Part shown: positions 46,677 through 55,592 of the stretch, piece after piece | Position numbering within the stretch: position 1 is the first letter of the stretch | Layout: every line of letters starts with the position of its first letter | Assembly: GCA_022563855.1 (NCBI GenBank) | Contig: JADFMN010000005.1 | Coordinates: forward strand, 132,623 to 196,622 | Length of the DNA: 64,000 bases | Reading direction: 5' to 3' | Origin: Armatimonadota bacterium | GTDB lineage: Bacteria; Armatimonadota; Fimbriimonadia; Fimbriimonadales; Fimbriimonadaceae | Notes under the pieces: model-generated | What the model saw: the letters and a program-made list of their open reading frames with translations, nothing else | Databases searched by the model: none | What the model was told of the DNA's origin: nothing | Translations under genes and position numbers: made by a program

Positions 46677-47926
46677 CGCCGGTTCTTCTCTTCGATCAGC
46701 TTGATGGCAGCTTGCAGCACTACGTCGCTCTCTGGGTCGCCTATTTCCCAGAAGGTGCCCAGGGTCGCTTCGGCAAGAACTTGCGGCTTGATTCCACCGG
46801 ACACGTACACTCCGTCGGCATCGACTTTACGGCTGATGTTCTCTCCGCTCGGCAGGAAGTACCGTCCGTTCGTAATCTTGGCGGTGCTCAAATCGCGCAG
46901 GAGGATGACGTTTTGAACCGAGGCCTTTCCGTACGTGTGCTCGCCGACGATGGTTGCCAAGTGATAGTCGCGCAAGACTCCCGAGAATATCTCAGCGGCG
47001 CTCGCGCTGTTACGGTTGACCAGTACGGTGATCGGATAGTTGATTCCAAGCGTCCGACCGCGCCGCGTGAAAAGGCGTTCGCCGCGGCTGCCTCTCCGCT
47101 TCAACGTCACGGCAAGCTTGCGGTCCACGAACAAGCTCAGCATTTCGACCGTGATGTCGAGCAGACCTCCGGGGTTGTTTCGCAGATCGATGACCAGTCC
47201 TGCGGGGTCTCGTCCGTCCAAGCCTTGCAGGATGGTCTTGAACTGCTGGGCAGTGGGTTCGCCGAACGAGTCGATCTTGATGTACGCAACGTTTGAGTCC
47301 GGCAAGATTCTGCCGTCAACAGTCGGCACGACCACGTAACCGCGAACGATGCGAATCTCGATTGGCTGGGCGACTCCTTCGCGCATAACGGTCAAGGTAA
47401 CGGCGGTGCCTTCGTCTCCTCGAACAAAGTCGACGATCTGGTCGACCCCCATCCCGCTGACGTTGAGATCATCGACCTTCACGACGATGTCGCCGACCTG
47501 CAGCCCGGCGCGATCCGCTGGACCGTCCTTGAACACGGTCACTGCCTTCGCGCCCAGATCGTCCCCTCTAAGCCGAGCGCCAACGCCCGCGTAATTGCCA
47601 CTTGTTTCTATCGCGAAATCTTCCGCTAGCTCCGGCTCCATGAAGACCGTGTGCGGATCTCCTAGAGATGCCAGGAGACCGGTCATGCCCGCATGGGTCA
47701 GCTGTTGCTCGTCCACCGGCCTGTAGAAGCTGCTCAGGATGATGTTGTAGTGTCGTTGGAACAGTTGCGTCGGCGTCTCCGTCGAGCTGAAGTTGCCGGT
47801 CAGCAGTTTGCGGAAGGCGGCAGCAGACGGAGCAGATCCCTTCCGAACGTCTCGCCACGAGAAGCCTAGCGAGAAACAGAGGCAGAGCGCCACGAAAACG
47901 GTGAACGCCTTGGAGACCAGCTTCAC
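46673..47926 (-). CDS. ctp: Carboxy-terminal processing protease (S41A, Ctp-type), catalytically complete
   Basis: PDZ AGLQVGDIVVKVDD, DLRNNPGG, the catalytic region VNRNSASAAEIFSGVL and GEHTYGKASVQ. The proposed GTG start at 47926 overlaps the upstream stop (GTGA). Confidence 0.8.
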   Translation of the reverse strand: MKLVSKAFTVFVALCLCFSLGFSWRDVRKGSAPSAAAFRKLLTGNFSSTETPTQLFQRHYNIILSSFYRPVDEQQLTHAGMTGLLASLGDPHTVFMEPELAEDFAIETSGNYAGVGARLRGDDLGAKAVTVFKDGPADRAGLQVGDIVVKVDDLNVSGMGVDQIVDFVRGDEGTAVTLTVMREGVAQPIEIRIVRGYVVVPTVDGRILPDSNVAYIKIDSFGEPTAQQFKTILQGLDGRDPAGLVIDLRNNPGGLLDITVEMLSLFVDRKLAVTLKRRGSRGERLFTRRGRTLGINYPITVLVNRNSASAAEIFSGVLRDYHLATIVGEHTYGKASVQNVILLRDLSTAKITNGRYFLPSGENISRKVDADGVYVSGGIKPQVLAEATLGTFWEIGDPESDVVLQAAIKLIEEKNRR

Positions 47927-49212
47927 GACGTGACCTCCTCGGAGCTGATGTCTGTGCTGAAGGTGCCCGTTCGAAGTACGTAACCCACGCCCGTGGGCAA
48001 TGTAGCGACGCGGATCCACGCAAGATCTCCTGCGGTCGCAGGTCCGCGCAGCTCTGCCGATCCGTGCGCTGAGAGCGCTAGCGCGAACACCTCCGCCGCG
48101 CCGCGAACGCTGCCATCGACGTGCAGCACGATTTCGCGGCCTTTAGCGGTTCCAGTGGACTCAAGAACCGTTGGCTCGCCGGGCTTTTCTCTGCGGATCG
48201 CGCCGTAAATTCCTGCAGGCGCGAGCAAGTTCAGACACTCGGTCATGACGCCGAAGTCGCCTTGACCGCTGTTTCGAAGATCGATCTCGATTCGACCGTT
48301 CGGTACTCCGGTTCGTCGCAGCTCTTCAGCCGCACCCTTGAAAAACCTAAGCGTCAACCGGTTTCCGTCCCAGCTGACAGCAGGAACTTTGGTCAAGCTC
48401 TTGTCGATCGTCGCCGTGAACTCGTCTTCTCCGCGCATCCATTTGAGAGCCACCTGACCTGACTCCCCGGCGCTGAGCTGTTCAATCGCTCTAGGGGCCG
48501 AGATCGCCTGCTCTGCTTTCTCAATCAGTAGCAGGGCTAGCTCAAGAAACTCTTCTGGGGTCAAGTCTCCAGCGTCGCGGTGCCCCCGAAGCTCTCGCCA
48601 GTAAAGCGCGTCGTCCGAGCTTGGAATCCACTTGCCGTCGACGGACAGTATGAGGTCTCCGACCTGGAGGCCAGCCTGTTCCGCTGGACCGCCTGGCGCG
48701 ACCGCTGAGACTATGAGATCAGGGATGAGAATCTCCCAGTCCACGGCGGAGTCGCTGTCCTGCAGCAGATCTCGACCGCCGATCAACTGGCGTTGCGCCT
48801 TCTCCAACTCCTCTTCGTTGTAAACGAGCCGCAGCTCGACGCCGATCCCTTCGAACTCGCCTCGCAACCGCCGAGAGTACGCCCGAAACCGCTCGGTGTC
48901 CATGAAGAAGCTGCTGCTGTCTGCGAGGTTGGCAAGCATGCTGCGGATCGCGCCGACGGCGAGGGAGTCATCGTGTTTGACCGGATCGACGAACTCTTTC
49001 TCGAGCAGCATCGAAAGCTGATAGAACATCTGGGCCTCGGGGATGCTCGCCGCCGCTCCAGGCGCCACGATGCCAGCCATCGTTATCGAACCACCGATAT
49101 CCACGCCCGGACCGGTGTCCATGCGGGCGCGCAACAGCGCACCGCCGGCTACCGCGAACAGGGCGCAGAGCAATCCGCTGGTTGCCAATAAGTTGCGTTT
49201 GACGTGGTCCAT
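47923..49212 (-). CDS. S41/Ctp-like PDZ protein lacking the catalytic Ser and Lys (pseudo-protease)
   Basis: N-terminal TM/signal segment. PDZ AGLQVGDLILSVDG. Degenerate DLRNSGQGD. The aligned catalytic region reads VDGSVRGAAEVFALAL (Ser to Gly) and GPATAGDLAW (Lys to Asp). Confidence 0.65.
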   Translation of the reverse strand: MDHVKRNLLATSGLLCALFAVAGGALLRARMDTGPGVDIGGSITMAGIVAPGAAASIPEAQMFYQLSMLLEKEFVDPVKHDDSLAVGAIRSMLANLADSSSFFMDTERFRAYSRRLRGEFEGIGVELRLVYNEEELEKAQRQLIGGRDLLQDSDSAVDWEILIPDLIVSAVAPGGPAEQAGLQVGDLILSVDGKWIPSSDDALYWRELRGHRDAGDLTPEEFLELALLLIEKAEQAISAPRAIEQLSAGESGQVALKWMRGEDEFTATIDKSLTKVPAVSWDGNRLTLRFFKGAAEELRRTGVPNGRIEIDLRNSGQGDFGVMTECLNLLAPAGIYGAIRREKPGEPTVLESTGTAKGREIVLHVDGSVRGAAEVFALALSAHGSAELRGPATAGDLAWIRVATLPTGVGYVLRTGTFSTDISSEEVTS

Positions 49213-49224
49213 CGATATTAGCCG

Positions 49225-49689
49225 TTACTCTTTCTTACAACTCGAAGCCAGTTGACCGTTCCCATCAAGCTTACGAACCCGGCGAATGCGCCTTTCAGCT
49301 GTATCTTCGGGCTCGCTCAAGAAGCTCTTCAGGATTTCGACCGACGTTTCCTCATCCGTCATCGATTGACCCAGACATAGAACGTTGGCGTGGTTGTGCT
49401 CGCGGGCCAGCCGCGCCATTTCCGCCGATACGCAGTGCGCGGCCCGAATTCCCCGATGCCGGTTGGCGCGCATACAGATCCCGGTCCCTGTACCGCACAC
49501 AAAAACACCGAACTGGGACTGGCCGGCCAGTATTGCGTCGCACGCCTCGTCGGCCGCGTCTGGATAGTCGTACGCGTCAACATTGGGAGCCCCGACGACG
49601 GTTACCTCGTGGCCGTTTTCGGCAGCCCACGACGCGAGCTTGGTTTTGAGCGCGTATCCGGCGTGATCAGAGGTCAAGATTATTTTCAT
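49225..49689 (-). CDS. rpiB: Ribose-5-phosphate isomerase B (RpiB/LacAB family)
   Basis: MKIILTSDHAGYALK...GVFVCGTGTGICMRANRHRGIRAAHC...HNHANVLCLG. Confidence 0.9.
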   Translation of the reverse strand: MKIILTSDHAGYALKTKLASWAAENGHEVTVVGAPNVDAYDYPDAADEACDAILAGQSQFGVFVCGTGTGICMRANRHRGIRAAHCVSAEMARLAREHNHANVLCLGQSMTDEETSVEILKSFLSEPEDTAERRIRRVRKLDGNGQLASSCKKE

Positions 49690-52487
49690 GCGGCATCCGG
49701 CAGTTCGATGTTCTTGATTCGGACAAGCTCTTTTAGAGCAACTTGCACGAGCGGGTCGGGATCGTTCAGCGTGTTCTGGATTTCAGCGAGTTCGACCGGG
49801 CCTGGTTGCGTCGCGAACGCTCGTAGACAGGCGGCGCGCACCCTTGGGTCGGGGTCGATCACGGCTTGTCTGAGAGCCGAGCGGTAATACGGCTGCGCCC
49901 GATCCGCCATGTGCTCGAGCAAGAACAGTCGGACGAAGACGCTTTCGTCTCGGATCCCGTGCAACGCCTGCGACCGCATCGACTCGTCCGGAGAATCGAT
50001 CAGCCTGCGATACGCATGCGCCCGAACGGTCTCGTTGTTGTCGTTCACTGCCGTCCACAGCAGGCGGCGAGAGAGCAGCTCATTGCCGATGTCGGCGTGT
50101 TCGACGATCGCAAGCCTGACTGTTGCGTCTCCGTCGTTCAGCGAGACTGCGGCGTAGATGACAGTGTCCTCGGGATTCAGAGTCTGCAAGGAGCGAGCGG
50201 CTGACCGGCGGGTCCGCCAACTCCTTCTGCTAAACGCCCTGTTCAAGATCAGCGCCGTCTCCTTCTCCTGTTTGTCCTTCAATGCCTCTGCAGCAAATCG
50301 GACGTTTGTGTCGAACGGTCCGGCAACGCATCGCTCGCCGATGACCTTCCAGGCAGCCGTCGTATCTTGAAATCGAAGCGCTTGGATCGCGAGATATGCG
50401 ATCGCTGCCGAGCCGCTGGAGGCGTATCGGGATATTGCCGGGACCATCTCTGGCGCCAGCGCTCGACCGAGAACCGCAAGCGCGTTTAGGACGTCGGCTT
50501 CGCGTCCCACTTCGAATGCCGTCTCGAGTTGCTCGAGGTGAATCGGTTGCAGCAAGGAGGGGAGTCCGGCCAGCAAGCGCGCGGTGCTTGGTGCGCGGTC
50601 GCCGCCGATTACTTGCTCGCCTGCGGCCAGAGAAATTGCGCCAATCTTGATGCGATTTCGTTCGCCCCCGGCTCGCTCGAACCGGTTACCGAGCGGTGGC
50701 GGACCAACTCGGATCTCGCTGACTGCAGTAGCGGCATAGGGGCTGAGATCCAACCGATGCTCTGTCCAGCCAGATCCAGCGACATGGCCTAACGACGTCA
50801 CAGAATACGGATACGCGGAGGTCTCCGCCGGTCTTTCGGAGTTTGCCAACACCGAGTAAGCTGACACCGTCTGTCCGTCTTCGCCGATCAAGTAGATTCC
50901 GTAGTTCTCACGCCCCTCAACGCTGACCATCATGGCTAGTGTTTGACCCAGCTGGCAATAGAACAGAGCCTGGCCGCGGTCGTCCTTGCTGACCGTTGCA
51001 AATCCGCGCCTGTGTCGGTTCGGCTCGGTGACAACTACAATGGGATTGAAGGCTGGATCGCTCTGCAATTCGGCGGCAAAGCTGCCCTGGGCGTAGGCGG
51101 TGATCGGCAACGCTGCTCTTGGTGATCGGATAGGCACGATGAGCATCGCAGCTATTTCCGGCGCAGGCATCGCGATCGCTGCTTGATCCGTCTCGCCGGT
51201 CATCGGCGCTGACAGCTGAACTGCCACGCGAGGCCGCGCTCCTGGCCAGAGCTGCACGTAGCCGTGCGCAGTTGCGGCGCCATCTCGCTGGGTTAGGAAC
51301 AGCCCGAGCATCTGTGGCTCGACAAACGCCCATGTCAGATCGCCAGATCGTACGCTCGATATACGACCGCCGGTCCACGAGGCAGCATCGCGGAACCCGA
51401 CTAAATCTGTGACCGCCGTCGCTGGGATTCCCGCTACGGCCTCTTCCCAGTCGCTGGCCGAAATTGCTTGCGGGGTTTGGAGCCTGCTGGGCCCCCATCT
51501 GGACACAGCCCTATTTCCTGCTGCCAACAGAGAATTGGAGAGCCCCGCGTCGTGTATCGCCGGATACTGGGGCAAGTCCCTGCCCGTAGGAAGTGAGACG
51601 GTTGCGGCTCCAGGGTGCCCGCCCCGTTGGGCGTTGATCATCACGTGCTGAACCCACGCCTCGTACAGCTGAATGGAGAGTGCCTCCCCAGGACTCCGGT
51701 CTGTGAAGGTGACGTAGCTCACCGACGTGAGCGGTGTTTCGCCGCTCAGAATCGTCGCGGTCGACTCTGCCAGCGCGGCATGGATCACGAACGCGGAGGA
51801 GTACGGACCCCGATACTTGCCGTCATCGGATTCCCAACTGCCGCTGTTGATTCGTACGCCAAAGTCCTCCGTCAGCCATCTGCCGCCGGCTAGATCGTTG
51901 TCATCGAGCCCGTCGCCGTACGAAAACTCATTGAGCACGCCGGGCTGATTTCGGAACTCCGAACTCCTGCCGCTGGCGGACTCCAGAAAGACGAGGTCGT
52001 CGTCGATGGTCACGTCGAGAGAGATCCGAAGCGACGATCCTGCTGCAGCCTCGGCGATCGCCTTGAACTGCGCGAGAGACTGCAGAATCGTCTCAACGTC
52101 TTTCAGGTTCAGGGAGCCGCGGCGCTGCTGGACGTACCCGTCCTGTCCGTGGTCGAGAATGGTCACGCGAGTCGAGATGTACACCTTGACCGGGTACTCC
52201 GGTGCGCCCGAACGAGTGCGCTCGCCCTGCAAGAACGCTGCCGCTACATCTTTCCAGCCGCCATCGATCCTGTACCGTCCGGCGAGGTTCAAATCCGTGC
52301 CAAGCGCGTACTTGAAGCCGTCTAACTCGTAGTGGGGCGTCTCTGCGTTGAATGGGCCTCCAGACGCTGGGACGGACATGGTGATCGAGCGACCACCGAT
52401 ATCGATTGTTCCAAGCGTGACCTGGTCGTCGACCACTGAAACTGGATTGCCGACCGCTGAAGCGAGGACTAGAATCGCGTGAAACAT
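49686..52487 (-). CDS. Very large exported protein of unknown function with C-terminal HEAT/PBS-lyase-like repeats
   Basis: 933 aa with signal-like MFHAILVLASAVG. The last ~250 aa contain repeated D..(V/A)R..A...L units (DATVRLAIVEH, NETVRAHAYRRL, DPRVRAACLRAF, DPLVQVALKEL). Confidence 0.6.
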   Translation of the reverse strand: MFHAILVLASAVGNPVSVVDDQVTLGTIDIGGRSITMSVPASGGPFNAETPHYELDGFKYALGTDLNLAGRYRIDGGWKDVAAAFLQGERTRSGAPEYPVKVYISTRVTILDHGQDGYVQQRRGSLNLKDVETILQSLAQFKAIAEAAAGSSLRISLDVTIDDDLVFLESASGRSSEFRNQPGVLNEFSYGDGLDDNDLAGGRWLTEDFGVRINSGSWESDDGKYRGPYSSAFVIHAALAESTATILSGETPLTSVSYVTFTDRSPGEALSIQLYEAWVQHVMINAQRGGHPGAATVSLPTGRDLPQYPAIHDAGLSNSLLAAGNRAVSRWGPSRLQTPQAISASDWEEAVAGIPATAVTDLVGFRDAASWTGGRISSVRSGDLTWAFVEPQMLGLFLTQRDGAATAHGYVQLWPGARPRVAVQLSAPMTGETDQAAIAMPAPEIAAMLIVPIRSPRAALPITAYAQGSFAAELQSDPAFNPIVVVTEPNRHRRGFATVSKDDRGQALFYCQLGQTLAMMVSVEGRENYGIYLIGEDGQTVSAYSVLANSERPAETSAYPYSVTSLGHVAGSGWTEHRLDLSPYAATAVSEIRVGPPPLGNRFERAGGERNRIKIGAISLAAGEQVIGGDRAPSTARLLAGLPSLLQPIHLEQLETAFEVGREADVLNALAVLGRALAPEMVPAISRYASSGSAAIAYLAIQALRFQDTTAAWKVIGERCVAGPFDTNVRFAAEALKDKQEKETALILNRAFSRRSWRTRRSAARSLQTLNPEDTVIYAAVSLNDGDATVRLAIVEHADIGNELLSRRLLWTAVNDNNETVRAHAYRRLIDSPDESMRSQALHGIRDESVFVRLFLLEHMADRAQPYYRSALRQAVIDPDPRVRAACLRAFATQPGPVELAEIQNTLNDPDPLVQVALKELVRIKNIELPDAA

Positions 52488-52505
52488 CAGTGCCTATCGT
52501 AGATT

Positions 52506-53342
52506 CTAGTCGAATATGCGCACGTCATACTCGGATATCGCGTGTCCGTCACCGCGAGTGAACTGCAGACCCTCCGCTGTCGAGAACACCGAGAGGTCGT
52601 CTGGCATGCTCTTGATGAGGTCGAGAACGACCTTGGTCGCGTTGGCGGCGTTCTTTTTGAACACCTCCAAGACGTTGTGGGCAGTCACCGCTTCCGCTCC
52701 GACGACGACGCCGCTGTCGTAGTCGGTCACGAGCCCAAAGTTGACGACCCCCATTCCGAGTTCGTGGCAGAGGTACCCCTCGGGGTACTGGGTCATGTTG
52801 ATGATGTCCCAGCCCATCTTCGTGAACCATGCGCTCTCCGCCTTGCTCGAAAACCGTGGCCCTTGGATGACGACCACCGTCCCAGTTTCGTGGCAGGCGA
52901 TTCCGTTCGCCTTGATGGCCTCGATCGTTAGACGCCGAAGCTCTGGGTGGTAGATGTCTGCAGCAGAGACGTGCGTCGTTATCGGGCCGTCGTAAAACGT
53001 TTCAGGGCGGCCCTTTGTGCGATCGACGAACTGATCGGTAACCAGAAAGCTGCCGGGGGCGATCCGCTCCTGAAGAGAGCCGCACGCGCACGGGCTGACC
53101 ACCGCCTTGACGCCGAGGCTGTGGAAGGCCCAGACGTTAGCTCGGTAGTTGATCATATGGGGCGGGATCGTGTGCTTTCGACCGTGGCGCGGAAGAAATG
53201 CGACGCGCTTCCCGCCAACGCTGGCCAACATCACGCTGTCACTCGGCGGACCGTATGGGGTGTCCACCTTGATCTCCGTCACGTCGTCCAGCAGGCTGTA
53301 GAACCCCGAACCCCCGAACACGCCAATTTCGGCGGCGCTCAC
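52506..53342 (-). CDS. mtnP: S-methyl-5'-thioadenosine phosphorylase
   Basis: IGVFGGSGFY...VDTPYGPPSD...FLPRHGRKHTIPPHMINYRANVWA...MTQYPE is the MTAP pattern. Confidence 0.85.
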   Translation of the reverse strand: MSAAEIGVFGGSGFYSLLDDVTEIKVDTPYGPPSDSVMLASVGGKRVAFLPRHGRKHTIPPHMINYRANVWAFHSLGVKAVVSPCACGSLQERIAPGSFLVTDQFVDRTKGRPETFYDGPITTHVSAADIYHPELRRLTIEAIKANGIACHETGTVVVIQGPRFSSKAESAWFTKMGWDIINMTQYPEGYLCHELGMGVVNFGLVTDYDSGVVVGAEAVTAHNVLEVFKKNAANATKVVLDLIKSMPDDLSVFSTAEGLQFTRGDGHAISEYDVRIFD

Positions 53343-54214
53343 TTCTGTCCCTCAGATCCGCTCAAAGACATCAAACCTGAAAGGATGTCGATCATCATGT
53401 CCACCCTCTTTCCCGCGCGCAAGAGAATGGCCGGTTCCTCGAAATCGAACACGCGCTTGTTCCTGATCGCGTTCACCGTCGTGAATCGCTCGTCTGCCAG
53501 GATGTCTGCCGCGTTCTCCGCAGAAATGATGATGTCTGGGTTTTCGACGATCAGCGTTTCCAGATTGAGCGCGACGAACATGGAAGCATCCGGCCCGACT
53601 GGCGATCCGCCTACAGATCGAACGACATCGGCTTGGAAGGTGTTTTTCCCGGCGATCATGTAGCCGCCTTCTCGATCGCCGATGACGATAGCTACTTTCA
53701 GAGTTGGATTGCCCGCGGAAAGAGCTGTGTTCCGGGCCGTGATCACCCTGTCGAGGTACTTCGAAATGTTCGATTCAAGTCCGATCTTTGACGCGAGCCG
53801 GTACGAGTAGTCGATGAATTCGTCTAGCGTCGAGGCCTCCATCGGCATCATCTCAAACCCTAACTGCTCGATTTTGGCAATTTTCTCGTCGCTGTACAGG
53901 TTGCTGTCGAAGATCACGAGGTCCGGTTTTATTGTCTCCAGCTTCTCGTAGTCGATTTCACCGTTGTCGACGACGACGATGGCTCTTCTAAGGCCGGCCG
54001 GGAAGTCGCACGCCGAGGTTCGGCCTTGCAACAGTCCCATTCCGCCGTTCCCAGCGACGAGTTCGGAAGTGCTCGGGCTCAGGCTGACAAGGACCGAATA
54101 CGACTTCGCCTGCGGCGTCCGGCCAACGGGCGTTTGCTGCCGACAAGCGTTCAGCGCGAGCGCTGCCAGAACGAGCGCTGCCAGAACGGATATCACGCCG
54201 ATTCGTAGAAACAT
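53339..54214 (-). CDS. Periplasmic binding protein (Peripla_BP_2 / BtuF-FhuD-like) lipoprotein
   Basis: The start ATG at 54214 gives MFLRIGVISVLAALVLAALALNAC (lipobox). SLSPSTSELV, KPDLVIFDSNLY and the overall size fit class III SBPs. The track ORF extends to 54280. Confidence 0.6.
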   Translation of the reverse strand: MFLRIGVISVLAALVLAALALNACRQQTPVGRTPQAKSYSVLVSLSPSTSELVAGNGGMGLLQGRTSACDFPAGLRRAIVVVDNGEIDYEKLETIKPDLVIFDSNLYSDEKIAKIEQLGFEMMPMEASTLDEFIDYSYRLASKIGLESNISKYLDRVITARNTALSAGNPTLKVAIVIGDREGGYMIAGKNTFQADVVRSVGGSPVGPDASMFVALNLETLIVENPDIIISAENAADILADERFTTVNAIRNKRVFDFEEPAILLRAGKRVDMMIDILSGLMSLSGSEGQK

Positions 54215-54305
54215 ATGTCTATTCTGGCCGAACACTAGACGATCCTGCCGGACACCAGAGGGCTCGGGCATGGCATGCAAGTTGCGGTATATTCTGACGA
54301 TCCAC

Positions 54306-54381
54306 AGGGGTATAGCTCAGTTGGTAGAGCAGCGGTCTCCAAAACCGCAGGTCGCGGGTTCGAGTCCTGCTGCCCCTGCCA
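54306..54381 (+). tRNA. tRNA-Trp (anticodon CCA), CCA encoded
   Basis: Acceptor AGGGGTA/TGCCCCT, D-arm GCTC-AGTTGGTA-GAGC, anticodon stem GCGGT/ACCGC with loop CTCCAAA, T-arm GCGGG-TTCGAGT-CCTGC. Confidence 0.9.
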
Positions 54382-54428
54382 TTATTCGAACCTAAAACGA
54401 GAGATCAGCGTTCCCCGGATCGCGATCT

Positions 54429-54448
54429 GTTCATACTTTGTTCATACT
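54429..54448 (+). repeat. Tandem GTTCATACT x2 (left inner end of island)
   Basis: gttcatact-tt-gttcatact. The same doublet occurs at 57541-57561 in the same orientation. Confidence 0.8.
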
Positions 54449-54937
54449 ATCGACCTGTCGATGCAGCTCTGCGCGGTCGATCTGAGCGTAGCTGTTCTGG
54501 ACGGACTCGACGCTCTTCATGCCCGCCGCCGCAGCGACCTTCACGTCGTCCATCAGGCCAGCGCGTAGCTCGGTGATCCGCAGGTGCTTGAGGTCGTACA
54601 GGTGCCTGACTGTCAGTCCTGCGTCCTTCTGCGCCTTCCTCCACTGCTTGCTGACCCAAGTCTCGCTCCACGCGCGTTCTGTGCGCTTTGACGGGAATAC
54701 GAACATGCTCGTCTTGGGCAGTGCGCGGATAGCCTGTGCGGCGACGCTGGGCACTGGGATCGGCTTCTCTCCCGACGGCCGCTTGGCGTTCTGTTTGCGC
54801 ACGAACATCATGTCGCCTTCTTCGAGCTCGCTCCAAATCAATTCCCTCGCGGACTTCGGCCTGATGCCCGTGTAGCGCAGGAGAATCAGCAGCGCGCGAT
54901 CGACTCGGCCAGAAGCTCCGGCGACTCCGCAGGCCAA
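54431..54937 (-). pseudogene. Tyrosine recombinase (phage-integrase family), C-terminal catalytic-domain fragment only
   Basis: ALLILLRYTGIRPKSARELIWSEL (box I Arg region) and HLYDLKHLRITEL...SYAQ (degenerate box II). The N-terminal core-binding domain is absent. The upstream sequence belongs to another gene fragment in another frame. Confidence 0.7.
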
Positions 54938-55121
54938 GACCAGCCTGCACCCGCTTGAGGACCTGCCGGTAGGGGAGGTAGGGGGTCTTCTCCGCCTCCG
55001 TTTCGAGGGAGGCGAAGCGTTCCAGGATATCGACGCCGGCCGGGCCCTGCAGGGCAGCCTTGAGCGCCGATAGGATGCCGGCCTCCCAGTTGATGAGCGT
55101 GCCGTAGCAGTCGAAGGTCAC
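54925..55121 (-). pseudogene. HAD-superfamily (haloacid dehalogenase type II-like) hydrolase, N-terminal fragment
   Basis: VTFDCYGTLINWEAGILSALKAALQGPAGVDILERFASLETEAEKTPYLPYRQVLK is a typical motif-I start. After about 65 aa the frame becomes Arg/Ala-rich nonsense that overlaps the integrase fragment. The boundary is approximate. Confidence 0.6.
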
Positions 55122-55592
55122 GACTTCGACTGCTACGGCGCAGGGCCGCGCGCGGGATCATAAGCGGCTCACGAACTACAGGACAGCATAGAACACCCCG
55201 CTCGGTTGCGCGCCCAGTCCGGGCGGCGCTGCGCGTACTGCTCGCTGCCGAATTGGTCATCGTAGGGGCGACGCAACACATCGAGCAAATCCCGGATGCC
55301 CGTATCGTCACCCTGCTCAGTGCGGTCGATCGCCTGCTGCGCCAGATAGTTGCGCAACGCCCAGCACCAGGCTCGCGGTGGAAACGATACCGTCGTTCGC
55401 GCCCAATACCGCAGCGCGAAGCCAGCCGGTACGTTCAGTGCGGAGTTGTTCCCAGTGACGTGGATGCATTATGAAATTCGGCTCTTCAGGAAATCGAGTG
55501 GATAATTTTGGGGTGTTGGTTGGTAGCCCGCATGGACGCTGGCTTTCAGGGGTTTCATTTAGCGCCCGGAATTCGCATCATGGTTGGGATGC

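Noticed and set aside
54215-54305. Cobalamin riboswitch upstream of the BtuF-like binding-protein gene
   Set aside because: The spacer is about 90 nt and abuts tRNA-Trp. No B12-box-like element is visible.
55169-55470. Minus-strand open frame (...[24 protein letters not shown]...[48 protein letters not shown]...) inside the island
   Set aside because: It has no canonical ATG and no recognisable family, and it is flanked by obvious gene wreckage. It is probably another pseudogene fragment, but I cannot support a call.
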